DNA of 64,000 nucleotides from Plasmodiophora brassicae (taxonomy: Eukaryota). Location: contig CP145414.1 of the NCBI GenBank assembly GCA_036867785.1, positions 186,001 through 250,000 of the forward strand, given 5' to 3'. A program made the translations under genes and the position numbers. The notes beneath the pieces were generated by a model that did no database searches, was not told where the DNA came from, and saw only the letters and a list, made by a program, of their open reading frames with translations. Shown here one piece after another: positions 24,230-38,369 of the stretch (positions are counted from its first letter, which is position 1; every line of letters starts with the position of its first letter).

Positions 24230-27200
24230 ATGGCGCAGCACAATCCGAACCCTATCGTCCGCAACTTTCCTCGGGGTGGATTCTTCGCTGCCGACGCGAT
24301 CAACAATCCGGTCTTTAATCTCCAGAGAAACCATCCTATGCAGCTGCCACGTCCCAACAACGGGCGTCTCACGATGGAGGTCTCCTATGTCGGCACGGTT
24401 GCCAGCGTTGATTTTGACTACAGAATTGCCCTTCCAGATAGGCGTCCAGGCTTGAATCTTGGTGACCCTGACTCCGAGGCATTTCAGAACCGTTATCGGA
24501 ACGAAATCGCGCTTGCCAGTTTCCTGAAACACCAGATTCCATTGCGGCTCGTGCCTCTGGAAGTTCCTGTTTCTTCGGTACGGGCACTAGAATGTCTAGA
24601 TGAGTTTAGCCAAGGAAGACAGACGCTGGAATCGTTATCGCGTTCGCTTGAAAGACTGCGTGTCGATGATTGCAAGCTCCAGTTACAGTATATCGATTTC
24701 GTAAGCGTGGAGCTTTGTTGATTTTCACCATACTTATATCGTTTTCAGTTTAGGAATTACGCAGCTAGAAAAGGTTTTGACGCATCGGATCTACAAGAGT
24801 GTATCAACAACGATGCGATCCTCTCTCTCACCGGCGGCCAACGTCTCGGCTCGGTTGCTCAAGTTCGAGCGTACCTCGAGGAGCTAGGTCTTCTGACCCC
24901 GTTTCTGGAGTATCGCATATGCGAGAAGGGCCACATGTGGCCTGCATGCGAACGTTCCCCAGAACGCGAGTGCTGCCGACAGTCGGCGCCCTTCTTTTAT
25001 TTCTCGCGCATTCTGTTCATCCAGTCACTTTTCCGGGCGAAACGAATATTTTCACTGATTCAATCCGAACATGAACGGCATCGGACGATCGCGCAACAAG
25101 AGCAGCCTTCCTCAGTCATTCGAGACTGGACGGACGGCGAATTCTTCGCCAATGTGTATCGTCCGTTTCTTCTGGACACAGACGATATTGAATATCCATT
25201 GGCATTGGCTTCTGGGATTGACGGCGCTGACGTTTTGTCCTGGGGCTCCGAGTCTATTACCCCAATGGTTCAAATCTTGCTCAACCTACCGCCTGATCTT
25301 CGCTGCAACCTGGGGTTGATCCATGCCGTTGGATTAATTCCACACATCGCCAAGGAGCACCGGCAGGCGGTCCAGCGACTTGACACCTTCGAACTAAATT
25401 TAATGTACCAGTTCGGTTTCCCGGTTCTCAACCCCATTATCGGCGTCCCGCAAAGGGCGCGAGCTATCGCAGCATGTCTTGTACGTATCTTTCGCTCAGT
25501 GTACGTGGCTGACATTGTTTATCTGAGCTCTGCCACCAGTCCATGGATTACAAAGAGTTCAGCAAGACGACGCACTGCTCCCAGGGAGGCAAGCGTGACG
25601 CGTGCAATCGTTGCGACATTCGCGGTTACTATTTCCCGACACGTAATATCACAGTCTTTCCTGGAATGTGGCGATGGTCGTCTGAGTCACTCAGAGCAGC
25701 AGTAAGTGGATTGTATCGGCAGACTGCATTCTGTCCTAATCGCTTGTGCTGTTTCTTGTAGCTAGGCGACCATTTTCTAAGTTCGATAACTGAGGACGTC
25801 CGACGATTGTTCCCTGATAATCCTCTTCAGTTTCTGGCACATGCCCAGCCGAAGACAAATGAGGACACGCTTCGGCGATTGACATCCCGTATTAGGGCAG
25901 ATCGGGGTGGCCTTCGACATCCAGACAGGGAAGTCTATGCAACCGGATTGCATTGCGGGTTCGGTCATGTGACGCAATATATCCATGACCCTATGCATGC
26001 GCTATGCATGCGTGCGGTGCCACGACTGCTACGTTCGTTGGACTTTCACGGTTGTGGCAAAGAACTTCATTCCCCAGAGGTGTGTGGAAGTATTACTAGT
26101 ACGTTTTCAGGTTGCTGACTGGACTGCAATACAATAGGTGGATCGTGCTTTGGGTCGAGGCGCTCCAGTCATCTCCTTGCTGGTGATTCCGGACAGCCCA
26201 CGGTTTCCTGGAGACACAGATGTGTCCTCTGCATCGAAGCAGATCGAGAACATTGTGCGCTCTCTCGAGTGGCCAACGGGCGCGTGTGACCCGTTGAAGA
26301 ACTTGTACTCATCGAAGTCGATGAAAGCGCATGACACGCTGGTCTGGCTGAGCGACGTCGGCATCGCTGTTCTTGCCGCTGTGGTGTCTGAACGTCTATT
26401 CACCAACGGCCACGTAGACGAGGTTACGGTATGGAAGACTTTGTTCGCCTTCATGAAAGCGTCGATGGCCATGATGGGAGCCTGTTTCGAACGGGAATCC
26501 TTTGATGACACCGAACAGGACTTCATCGATACATTAGCGCGCCTCGAAACCGTCATACCATCCAAACTGCTTACTATCTCCGTAAGCAGGTAGTCATAAG
26601 TGTCTGTAGTGGAACACTGATTTGCTGATGCACAGATGCATTCGTTGGTGCACTTGGGTGACGTTATTCGTTCCTGGGGTCCGATAATTGGCTTTGTCTG
26701 GACGTACCCGTTGGAGCGCTGGATCGCACACATGAAGGCGATTCTGCACTCAACGAAGGGGTTGACGCTCAACATTGCGGGAAACTTGCAGCTGATCAAT
26801 GCTGCCGCTTTGCTCCGGCTGGAGATGCACGAGCATTATGCAGTGCAGAAGGATAACCCGTTCCTCTTCGGATGTCCCTCTCCAGTGGCGATGGAAATGT
26901 TGCCAATCAGATTCCAAGGTTCAACTAACTGTTCTGGAACGTGCATGGCTGCACGCGAGCCTCATTGATACACAACAGTGGCAAATGACACGCGGCCATC
27001 CCTGGAGAACCCAATACCAGCGCCTCGTTCAGAAATTCGAGCGTGAAATTGGTGTTCGTATGAATACGTTCTTCCTGGCGAAGGACAATTTGGCAATGTT
27101 CGACGCCTTCTGTGACTCCGAACCCGTCAGGGAGCAATTCGGTTCTGTCCGCCTACCCTCTCGACTGCAATCTTGCCGTCGGATTCGTATCGGTATGCGT

Positions 27201-27733
27201 GCCATGCATATGGAAATCTGTCTATATAACTATGTGGACATGTAGGAAACTGCCTGTTTCGGACTCGTACCACCGATCAAGCATTCAAGTCGAGCAACCG
27301 ATATTTCATTGCCAACTTCGCCGGCGACGGATTATATCTCGGTACCGCTGAGAAGTTTTTCACGATGGACATGAACGCCGCAGCGTTTCATGATGACGGT
27401 GATCCGTTCATCATCATTCGCGTTTTCCAGTGGCAGAAACTCAAACCCGTTTCTGGAGAGCTCGACGGCGTGCTACCGCAGTATGTCAAAGGTGCATCCT
27501 ACGATCGATTGTTCGTTGTTGATGTTGCGGCTTAAGTGCGCTTTTCACGTCCAGGCGACGTGATTCGACCTGGTCATAACGAGTCGACGTGGGTTGCCGC
27601 TCAGGACGTTGAGCCGAATAACATTGTCCTGGTCCCTTGTGATCATCTGCATGGAGGATGCAAGTTTGTTTGCGTTCTCCCGCGAGGGAACATGACGCCG
27701 ACATCTCTGCGGTCGACAATACCTACTGAGTAA
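24230..27733 (+). CDS. Multi-exon CMC transposase of element A (some frames appear shifted)
   Basis: SGIDGA, LNLPPDLR, MDYKE...DACNRC, HDPMH and HSLVHL...WGP...WTYPLERW motifs; short GT-AG introns. Confidence 0.9.
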
Positions 27734-28207
27734 ACAAGAGATTTTCCACAAATGCTGCAGGTCTTAATTATGTATTGCAATGCTTGCACTGTCTGCCACT
27801 GATTAGGCGTGCAGTGTCTGGGCATGTCAATAGTTCTTATTCTGCGATGGACGCCTGGCGAAACGTGGTTGATGGCGAGTTTACTGCCTTTCTGCACCGT
27901 CTCAGTCGGTTAGTCGGCAGCTGAAGGCGTCAACCAGTGCATTAACCATCACACTCGAACAATAGCGACCCGTTAGTCGTGACGCGGTATAGGAGGGCGC
28001 GTGCCCACGCCTATCTCAAATTCTACTGGCTGGACGACGTCTGTGCTCCTCTGGAGCCACGTGCGCTTTTCACGGCCCTCATGTACAGAATTTGGGGGCC
28101 TACTGTAGCGCCCGAGCCGGTCCTCCCTGCTCAGGTGGGGCTGAGTGGGTCCGACCGCCGCGGCATTATTCATTTCGTCATTGCAACGTCCGGGTGCGGG
28201 AACCATC

Positions 28208-29230
28208 ATGCAACAGCCGGTGCAGATGAAGTGTAGACCGGACCGCCCAACTAGGCCACGAGAGCAGCTGCTCACGTCGTCGTCCACTGCGGACTGCGGG
28301 GAGGCTCGAACTCCCGTCGGTGAGATGTTTTGTAGACCGGACCGCCCAACTAGGCCACGGGAGCAGCTGCTCTCGTGGCCTAGTTGGGCGGTCCGGTCTA
28401 CAGAAGGACATCGGGCTGTTCATCGCCAATCAGCCGCACGTGGCACTGTCCGAGGAGCGACGCACGCTCTGTTCTTGGTTCAGAGCGATGTATCTCAGGT
28501 ACTGTTTCGCGCTGCTCGTGCATCGGTTGTCTAATTTCACTACTGGCAGTGTTTACCGCGAAGGCAAGCGGGAGGCGCCGAATCCTTTAAAGGACCAGAC
28601 CCTGCACAATATAATCCTTCGCGAGGGTCCTGACAAGTTCGGGCTACCAGCGCAGGACTGGACGTTTGCTCAAACGAAACATTGTACGTGTGCGCAAACT
28701 GGGATGTGAAGAAGGCACATAATGACTGTCTGTCACTGTAGTGATAAAGCAAGCTCGGAGGTGCTACTACCGGTCTATCGGACAGGTCCATCATCGGTCT
28801 GGTTCGAAGGCATCGAAGTCGTCACCGTCCAAGAATGCCATATTCAAGGAACTGTCTGGTACGAGGGTTATTTGTCGATCATTGTCCTGAATGCCCGGCT
28901 GACATGGTATTATTTGGCAGGAGCTCCAGATTACCTGTACGATTTCATCAACCAGTTGCGCCACCAGTTTCACGCGCAACAGTCGAATCAGGTCTTTGCG
29001 TCGAAATCGTTTTACCGGATCTTCGAAGAAGCGATCACCGTTGCGCTGACCGAACCGGTACGCGGAACGAGGACGTCGATGGATGTGGCTCACTGACGTT
29101 CTCGTAATAGGATCAATTTAGCATCAATACCACACAGCCTCGTAATGCCGATATTGGTTTCCCTCTATGCGCTTCTAAGTTTGATTGTGTCACAGGAGAT
29201 GGTGTCCCTTCAAGAAACCCCGGTACCTAG
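28208..29230 (+). CDS. Second multi-exon ORF of element A (TnpA-position accessory protein, function unknown), interrupted by a MITE; ends approximate
   Basis: Exon peptides ERRTLCSWF, LHNIILREGPDKFGLPAQDWT, VIKQARR...GQV...NAIFKEL and FASKSFYRIFEEAI each match element B ORF2. Confidence 0.7.
28232..28402. mobile_element. 171-bp TGT...ACA MITE with 4-bp GAAG TSD and a 72-bp internal palindrome
   Basis: The TGTAGACCGGACCGCCCAACTAGGCCACG arm occurs twice direct and once inverted. Excision restores VQMK|DIGLF. Confidence 0.85.
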
Positions 29231-32200
29231 GTACTTGAAGGCTTCCTGTTTCACGTACAGCGATGAAGCTGAGATGACATTGCAGATCGTATATATCGTG
29301 ACGGGGCGACTAAATAACGATGGAATAAAAACTAATGATTGGGTTTCCTCACATTCTAATGCTATCTATCGACCTGCTATCCCAGTAGCTATTCGGATAG
29401 AAAGTTGGGAACCAATAAGGAATAGGAGTGGTGCAGGGGCTATCCTATTACTGTCTATTTTTGGTGTCACTAGAAGTCCGCGAGAGGCTATACTTGGCTT
29501 CCCAATCGGCACTTCAACGGCACTTAAGTGCCGATTGAAGTGCTCCAGAGTGCCAGGAAAGTGCCGAATCCACAATTGGCCGACACCCTCCAAAACGGCA
29601 CTTGTTCGGCACTTTTAAGTTTCCAGTGGACCGACTCAGCCGAGACTGGTCGGAACTGATCGGCGGCTGGATCCCAGATGTGGTCGAGTGGGCTTTCTGG
29701 CTGATTGCCGGTGATGACCGTGTACGGTGCGTTACCAGCAAGTCGCTTGCTCGGAGCATGGTTGATTGCATGTTGTACGACCGGGCACAGGTACGGCCAG
29801 TTATGGGTACTTATTTGTGCCTCGCTCAGAATGGATCGCAGCATGTTCAACACCGTTCGGTTAGCTCGTTCGACTGTCCCATTCGCCCATGGGCAATAAG
29901 CAAGAGTGATGTGATGCTGAATCTCGCGTAGTCGCGACAGCTCCTTGATCACCTCCGCCGTGAAGTGGGATCCACCATCGGTAACCAAGTATTCTGGCGT
30001 CTCGTAGTCTGCAATCCACTGATTGATGGCGTCCGCGGCAGCTCGAATGGTTGCGCCCTGGCATGGAACCAGGCGCACGTACCCGCTGTAGTCGTCCTTC
30101 ATGACCAGGATATACTTGTACGGGTGGTCGGTTCCACGAACAGGCTCCACATACAAGTAGTCCATGGCCATGACCTGGAATGGACGTTGCCCATGAAGTG
30201 CTTCTCCCAACGGTCGTGGTACCCTCCTGCCTCCTCTTGTGGTAATGCAGTGGATGCATTGCTGGCACATTTGCTCAATGTCCTTGTCGATGTCAGGCCA
30301 GCAAAAACGTGACATAATCGTCTGTTTCGTCACTTCCGAAGCACGATGACCTGCACTTCCACTGTGTCCAATGATGAGGATGCGCAAGCGTAGACTTCGG
30401 GAGTCAACATGGATCGGGATCAAGATCGCTCCATCCGTGGATTTCCAAAGGCGATCAGTGTCATCGAAGAATATACCGTCCTCGATCTTCTCCTCTCGAG
30501 TCAGTAGTCTCTGCGAGTCCCTGATCTCTTGTTCCGTCGGCCAACTGAAGTCTGGATGTTTTCTAGGGGTCGCCCGTAGATTGTCCATCTTGAGCAGGCG
30601 CGTTGTCCGACACTTCAGCGCGATACGTCCAGACCCCCATCTCGTCAGAAGGTCTGCCCAGACGTTATCAACACCAGAGATCTCCCTGATCTCGTAATCG
30701 AAGCCTTGAAGATGTAGCGCCCATCGTTGCAGCTTCTGAGCGGTATGTTTCTTCACTTCCGAGTCAGGATTGAAGATGTACGTCAGGTTGCGGTGGTCGC
30801 AGTAGGTAAGGAATGGTCGGGATGTCTGGAGGAGAAAGTCACCGCGCTCAGTGGCATAGATGATAGCGGCCGCCTCCTTCTCGACGATTGGCCATCGCAA
30901 CTCGGAACCGGAGAACCGCTTGCCATAGAATGCAAGAGGCTCGTGCCGCTGCTCATGAACTGGGAGCGCGATATCGTCACTTGGAATCTGCGTGATGACC
31001 GCTGACCATGCCACCTCGCTGGCGTCCGTGAAGAGGCAAGTCTGGTAATCAGGTTTGGGATAGGCTAGCTGAACATGATTGATCAGGGCGAAACGTAGAT
31101 CCTCAAATGCTTGGGAATGCACGGTGTTCCAACCCAGATCGATCAGCCCCATTGAAGACGCAGATGAAGACTGAACATTTCGAAGGTCGGGTTGGATGCG
31201 TCGAAGTTCAGCGTGCGCCTCATCAATGATTGCCTGCAGAGGTCCAACAATGTGTGCATATCCTGGCACGCTCGTCCGCATCCAGTTCGCCGCCCAGAGG
31301 AACTGCTGCAAGTCCTTGATCGTCGTCGGTTGCGGCATGTTCATCAACGACTCAATGCGCTCTGGATCATGTCGGATACCATCCTTCGAGTAGATGCGTC
31401 AGCACCACTTCAGCTCTCTGGCGAACAAGGTGCACTTCGTCGGATTGAGCTTCAGGTTGCGTTCACCGCACCTCTCCAGCACGAAGGACAGTTGGGCGAG
31501 CAACTCGGCCTCCGATCGGGCAAAACCAAGCAAATCATCGATCCAGATGAGCAGATGGTCCTGCATGTCGTCGAAGATCCTCGCCACCCGCGCCTGGAAC
31601 TGAAGAGCGGAATTCATGCCTCCCTGAATGCTGCGGGTTGGAGTGTAGACCGCATCGTCCGTCATGAACGAGAAGATTTCCTGGCACTCCTTGGCTAGAG
31701 GCATCAGCCAGAAACCTTTGTGCGCGTCAATAGTGAAGAAGCACGTCGTGCCGTTGAGCTTGCGAGTAGCCGCTTCGACGTTCGGCATCGGCCAGGCAGT
31801 CGGAACAGATCGCGCATTGACTTGACGCAGGTCAACACATAGGCGATATCCGTTGCCATGCGGCTTCTTGACCACCAGCACTGGACTGGCCCATCTCGAA
31901 TTCAGATTCAGGTAGATGAGACCGTTCTCCTTCAACATCCGGATCATGTCGTCCAGAAACTCCTTCTGATTGGGATTGTAGGTGCGCGGCTTACATCGGT
32001 ATGGCATGGCGCCTGGTTTCAGTTTTGTCACCATCGGTTCGACGTCCACCGGTGCATCATGACCGAGCTTCGTTCGGAACTCGTTGACGTGCCTCTTCAG
32101 CATCAGACGAAGACACGCTAATCCGGCGCGTGACATGCCGTTCTGCCGGGCTTCGTGCACGAGTTTGTTCAGCTCGATCTCGATCTCTCGCACGTTAATC

Positions 32201-34706
32201 GGTCCGATATCGACGTCCGCTGTTGCCGGTTCATGGTCGTTCGTTGGGTGCTGATTGTGCGACTGGTCTCCCGTCAACGTTGCCATGCGCGTAACGATGT
32301 ACTCCACGTTCTGAATAGAATCCACATCGACGAGTGCACATCCCGACTGGACCACCCTCGATAGCTGCTGAGCAGGACTAATGCCCAGAGCTGCCAACAG
32401 GTCGTTGCCGATGAGAGTGACTGTGACCGCGTCCGAGATGTAGAACTCCACGTTGAACAAGGTGATCTTGCCCACCGTCGTCTCGAGTATCGTCATTGGG
32501 ACTTTCACCATTTGATCGCATGATCCAATTGCGTGATCATCTGCTGCTAGGATCTCCCTCGCCGTCACGGGCTGGAAGATTACCTCACGGAGCTGGCTGG
32601 CAACAGTGCTTGGCATGATGTTGCCGCCCCGGCAGCCGGAATCGAGTTCATATGGTACACGTACGTCTCCAATGACCATCCACTGTTGGCCCCCCTCCAA
32701 TACAGGATAGCGTTGCACCTTCTTCACCTTTATTGGAGGAGGGCCCACTCGGGCATTCGCCTTCACCAAAGTCCTGCACTCTTCCTCGCTGGGCTTGGTC
32801 GGACAGTCGCGTAGCGTGTGGCGACCCTTACAGTGCCAACACGTGGGTGCACGACTGGGCCTGGAGGCGTCAGCTGCGGGTGGAGCCGCCGCTGATATCG
32901 GCTTGCTAGGCTTCGGCGCTTTCGCTGGTGCAGGTTCGGATCGATAGCGCTTGAGTCGGTCCGCTCGTCCTGCCGGGGTAGCGCGCCCGGCATCGGGACG
33001 GCCTCCGACTGCGGCGTGTTGCTTGTCATACTGACGAAGCTCGGCGACTGTGCGCTTAGGCGTGTTGCCTAGCGCATTCGCCTCGTTCTTATGCGCCAGC
33101 AGGAACGCATCCGCCCAACGCTTCGCCTCTGCCTTCACCGCGACGATGTTGCCTTCTCGTGCAGGCTTATCATCAGTTACCCATCGGCGCAGGTGCTGGC
33201 GCAAGCGGAATGGTTGCATCGCGTCGACGAACAGGCTGACGCGCGCCTTCCTGCCCCCCACGCTTGACCGCAGATCATAACCCAGGCGGTGCTCGTGCTC
33301 GTTGAGCGACTCCAGCACCGACTGGATCATGTCTCGCAAGGTGGCCAGGTTGACGTTCATGTAAACATGGCTCGCCAACCTGTCCGCCATCTCGTACGGC
33401 TGCAGTCCATGGCCGTCCCGCAAGTCGTTGATCGTGTCGACCATCCACTGCTTCAGAGTGGTCTCCGTCAGATCGTCTACGGAGGCCAGCTCTAGTTCGT
33501 CCAACGCGATCAGCTTCAATTGCGCGGCCGTGAAGCAGTGGACGACCGACTGCGGCTTGACCCTCTGGCTCGCAGGACGCTGCCGTTCCCGATCGGTAAC
33601 GACAGCACAGTACTTGTCGTACTGTTCCTGCAGCCGCTGGATCGACGGCGCATCGAGCTTCTTCGTGCTCGGTAGCATGAACGCGTCGCGCACTGGTGTG
33701 TTGACCGCCATGCCGATAGTGGCTTATGTGCAACGTGGGTAGAAGTCTCGTAGTAATGCTAAGGTCGAGAACCACTAAAGCTAGCTTTGAGGTCTTTTCC
33801 CAGAATAGTGAACTCCTTTAATAGAACTACAGTGATTACCGTAATTAGTCTGTATCAGACTAATTAGGTGTTAGCGATTTTAGAGGCTCAACCCTTGATT
33901 AGTGTGTATAACACTAAATGCGAATTAACACTATATAGGTGCTGGCATGAATACTGTGATACACACTATTTATTTTCACACGTAATTAGTGTGTATAGGC
34001 ATACGCAGCGCCGCAGTGCGAGCCAGTCCCCACGGACGCCGCACGTGCTGGCCGCTGAGCCCGCAGGGACCCGGAAATGATTGCACTCTGTTTGTTCACG
34101 TGAGATACGCGGATGGCTCCAGCGTCATCGTCACAAGCGTTGTCTGTCTTCTCTGCGTCACCTCTTGCTGCCGCGTTTGCTCGATCGCAGCTGCATCAGC
34201 AGCATCGGCAGCCGCATGATCAAGTGCCACGAGAACCGGAACAGCAGCAAGGCGACGGCGCCGAAGAGGAGGTTAGGATTGAAGATGATGATGCGAATGC
34301 CCGCAACGATTCGGCACGTAAGAGAAAACTGCAGCACGTCTGTACCCAGCAGTCAAGAATCAGGGTCGTGAACACTGGAAAAATAGAAGTGCCGAATTAG
34401 TGCCCGGAGCTTCCCCAAGTGCCGATGAAAGTGCCGATTCCAGAAGCTATCAATAGGGAAGTGCCGATTAGGAGCAGGTGCGACATCTCGAGTGCCGAAA
34501 GAGTGCCACCAATCCTTGGCGCCAAAAAATGTGACGTCAAGTTGTCGGACTTCGCAGTTTTTGCGACCTGTCGGCGACAACGGATCGGCGGTTCGATCAG
34601 TGGACAATCACGTTGTGTGTGTGCGACGCGACGATATCACCACCTTAGCGCACCTCGCTCCGACGACGTCGTCTGGGGCTTGCTCTCGTACGTACGGTTG
34701 GATATT

Positions 34707-37700
34707 ATGGAGGATGCTAACCCTATCATTGGTGCATTTCCTCGAGAAGGCTTTTTGGCTGCCGATGCGAGGAACGACCCTATTCTGAACCCGCGCCGTG
34801 GTGACGTCATCCCTGACGAAATGGGCCGTCCGGGTAGACCAACGATGGCTGTATTCTGGCCTCCTAATGGACCGCCATCAGTCGATTTTGACTTCACTGC
34901 CGGCTTATCAGAAGACGTTGCAGGGATGTCTGCCGACCGCATCCGGTCGGCGGAATTCCAGCAGAAGTACCGCAACGAGATCGTCCTATCAGAATTTCTC
35001 AAGGACGAGATTCCGAAGCGCTTGGTTCCGTTGCAGGTGGATCCGTCCTCTATACGTGCGCTGGAATACTTGGACGAGTTTGCCCGCGGTCATCATACGC
35101 AGGCGTCCCTGCGTCGTTCGTTGGAAAGACTAAGGAAGGATGACATAAGACGCCAGGCCGAGTATACACAATTCGTAAGCACCTTGTCTGACAAATGTTA
35201 TCTGTGTCTCTAATTCTGACAGTTTAAGGAATACGCTGCCAGCAAGGGCTGTCCTGTGGACGACCTTGAAGAATGTCTGAACGCCGATCCTGTTCTTTCG
35301 CTTCAACATTCTGGCGAGATCACCACCATTGCCCAGCTACGTTCCTATCTGTCTGAGCTGGGCGTTTCTATACCATTCCTCGAGTATCGCGTATGCGGCT
35401 ACGGTCACTTGTGGCCAGCCTGCGATTCCCCACCGGACCGGGAGTGCTGCTTACAGGAGTCCGAACGGTTCTTTTATTTCTCCCGCATCCTGTTTCTCCA
35501 ATCGCTGTTCCGGTCGGCGCACGTGTCTGGCATCATACGATCGGAAACCGAACGCCATCGAAATATTCTTTTGGGCGTTTCTTCGTCCGACAGTCTTCGC
35601 GATTGGACAGACGGCCAGTATTTCAGGGATACGTATGGCCCTTTCTTTCTGGAAGCGCTACGTTTCAACGAATACCCTCTCGCGGTGACATCTGGCATTG
35701 ACGGGGCCGACGTCTTGCGGTGGGGATCGGAGTCGGTTACGCCGATCATCCAGATACTCTTGAATCTGCCCTCTGAGGTCAGGTGTAATCTCGGCCTTAT
35801 TCATGCAGTCGGTTTGATACCGCACATCGCGCGAGGTCATCGTGCAGCGTTTCTACGCCTGGACGCGTTCGAATTGAACTTGATGTTCCAACTCGGGTTC
35901 CCTGTGTTCGATCCGACAACTGGGACTGCAACTGCAAGGGCTGTTTTATCGTGCGCTGTACGTACTCCCTTCTATACCTGCTCATTTTATTTCTGGTTTG
36001 ATGTAGATTTTATTGTGGCAGACGTTAGACTACAAGGAGTTCAGCTTGACCACTCGTTGCTCCCAAGGCGGAAAGCAGGACGCCTGCAACAAATGCCACG
36101 TCCAAGGCTATTATTTCCCGACGAGCCATGCGACCGTGTTTCCAGGTCTTTGGAGATGGTCTTCTGAAGATATTCTAGAGGCTGTAAGATATGGTGCCAT
36201 TAACGAATTACTCGACCGCCTAAAGCTATGTACTCAGATGAGCAGATCGTTTTTCACGTCGATGACCGAAATAGGACGAAGCAAGTTCCCGGAAAGTCCA
36301 GAGTACCGCGATCACGATCGAACTAAACGGCAGAAATGCCAGTTTCTCAAGGATGCTCAACCGAAACTGGATGTCGAGACGCATCTACGAATGACATCTG
36401 GTGATACCGGTGGGCATCGAGTACCTGGCCATGATATTTATTCTGTCGGGTTATTAAGCGGGTTCGGCCATGCTTCGCAGTACGTGCATGATCCTATGCA
36501 TGCATTCTGTATGCGTGTTATCCCGCGTCTGCTCAAGTGCCTCGATTGGCATGGGAATGGAAAATTTCTGCATTCTGAAGAGGTTTGGTCGCAGATTGCC
36601 TTACATCACCGTCAATCTCATGTGTGTATTAGATCGATCGTGCGTTTGGTCGCGTTGTCCCCGACATTCCTGTGTTGACGATCCCCAACAATGCCCGTTT
36701 TCCAGCGACGCCTTTCGCTTCGTCTGCTGCAAGGCAGATTGATAGTGTGATACAGTCGTTGGAGTGGCCAACCGGAGATTGCGACCGTGTGAAGAACCCG
36801 TACAAGCCCTCGATGAAATCTCACGATTGGCTAACTTGGTCAAGTGATGTCGGAATTGCCATCGTTGCGGGTCTGGTTGGCAGTACCCTGTTCAGCAATT
36901 CCGATTCAGCCGTAGCCTGGGGAACTGTTTTCACGTTTATGCACTTATCGATGATGATTCTGTCGAAGTCCTTCGACCGTTCGTCGTTTGACACTGTGGC
37001 GCAAACTTTCCTCGACGCTTGTGCCCGGCTGGAAACGGTGATTCCCGGCAAGCTGTTGACCATATCGGTAAGTGCCCGTTGAGTATCGTATATGTATACT
37101 CATTGCCACACTGTTGCTGTTCAGATGCATTCGCTGATCCACCTTCCGGAAGTCATTCGCCAATGGGGCCCTATTTCTGGGTTCGCTTGGACGTATCCAA
37201 TGGAACGGTGGATCAAGAGGATGAAGTCGATCCTGACATCTACGCAAGGGTTGACCATGAACATCGCCGGCAACCTTCAGCTGATCTCCGCAGCAGCGTT
37301 GCTGAGGCTGGACTTACACGAACGGTACACGTTCGACAACGATAACCCATATTTGTTCGGGTGCCCGGACTCGTTTCCGGTGTCGTTACCGATTGTGTTC
37401 CAAGGCCATATCAAGTCGTACGTCCTGAATGATATGGAGCGTGCGTGGCTGCATGCGACACTGATCGACGAGGAGCAATGGCCCACCATTTGGAACCATC
37501 CATGGAGGCGCCAGTACGTGCTCCTCGTCAAGCAGTTCGAGCGTTCCACTGGAATTCTGATTTCGTCCTATCATCACGTCAAGTGCCAGCTCTCCAACTT
37601 TGACGCATTCTGCCAGACTGGAGACATTCAGCGGCAGTTCCAAGGTCTATGTCTTCCAAGTCGCCTGGATTGCTGTGATCGTCTTCTCGTTGGTACGTGT

Positions 37701-38245
37701 GTCTTATGGCGAATGTTGCTGTTAATCAGATTTAACCGTTGCAGATCTTAGGCGCGTGTCTCTTCCGAACGCAGGATGCTGATACCTCGTACCAGAAGTC
37801 GAGCAATTGTCACTTCTTGGCGAACTTCACTGACGACGGCCTCTACCTTGGAACAGCCGCGATGTTCTGCATGCTGGAACTACCGTATCACGATGACCAT
37901 GGCCAATCTGACATTTTCCCTATTATCCGCGTTTCCGCCTGGAAGAAGCTCAAGCGCGTTGGGGGCCTTGTCGGTGGGAGACTGCCACAGTATATCAGAG
38001 GTTCACTCAATCTTTGTTGATGTCTCTCATGTATTGAGTTGTACAATTGTTCAGGAAATCCTATCCGTCCTGGTGATGACGAATCGCCATGGGTTGCTGC
38101 CGATGAGATCGAAAGCAACAATGTGGTCCTTGTTTCCTGCCAAATTCCATATGATGGCCGTCGTGTTCACGCTAAACTCGTCTGCGTAGTTCCTCGTGGC
38201 AACATGGCACCGGGCTGTCTATATTCGACAGTGCCCAACGAATAA
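34707..38245 (+). CDS. Multi-exon CMC transposase of element B
   Basis: SGIDGA, LNLPSEVR, LDYKE...DACNKC, HDPMH and HSLIHL...WGP...WTYPMERW motifs; intron positions shared with A. Confidence 0.9.
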
Positions 38246-38369
38246 ACCAAGTGGGTAACGTTCTGCACGGCGCGTCTGACCTTCACAATCGTAGCGCCTG
38301 AGAGGGCGCGGCTTTCGCGGTGCCGGCTCGGTATTTACCACCAGCGCACCTTTCTGTTCCGTCCCGAGG

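Larger units (their letters stand above)
24020..29628 (+). mobile_element. CACTG (CMC/EnSpm-type) transposon A
   Basis: 33-bp TIR CACTGGAAACTTAAAAGTGCCGAAC(T/A)AGTGCCG, 3-bp TSD GAC, AGTGCC subterminal repeats. Confidence 0.96.
23366..33711 (-). pseudogene. Gypsy gag-pol, single frame: gag-PR-RT-RNase H-integrase-chromodomain
   Basis: CWHCKGRHTLRDC, LDSG, WIDD, FTDAS, HHCC, MDYL/TDGG/GTVE, WRGPY and chromodomain VAWSGFELSEATWEP. Broken by one in-frame TGA (31399-31401) and the 24020-29628 insertion; AESV|VTYLAEM rejoins in frame. Confidence 0.95.

Noticed and set aside
31399-31401. Programmed stop-codon readthrough in Gypsy pol
   Set aside because: The TGA falls inside RT where the related copy has Gly (KWCGRIYS); it is a point mutation.
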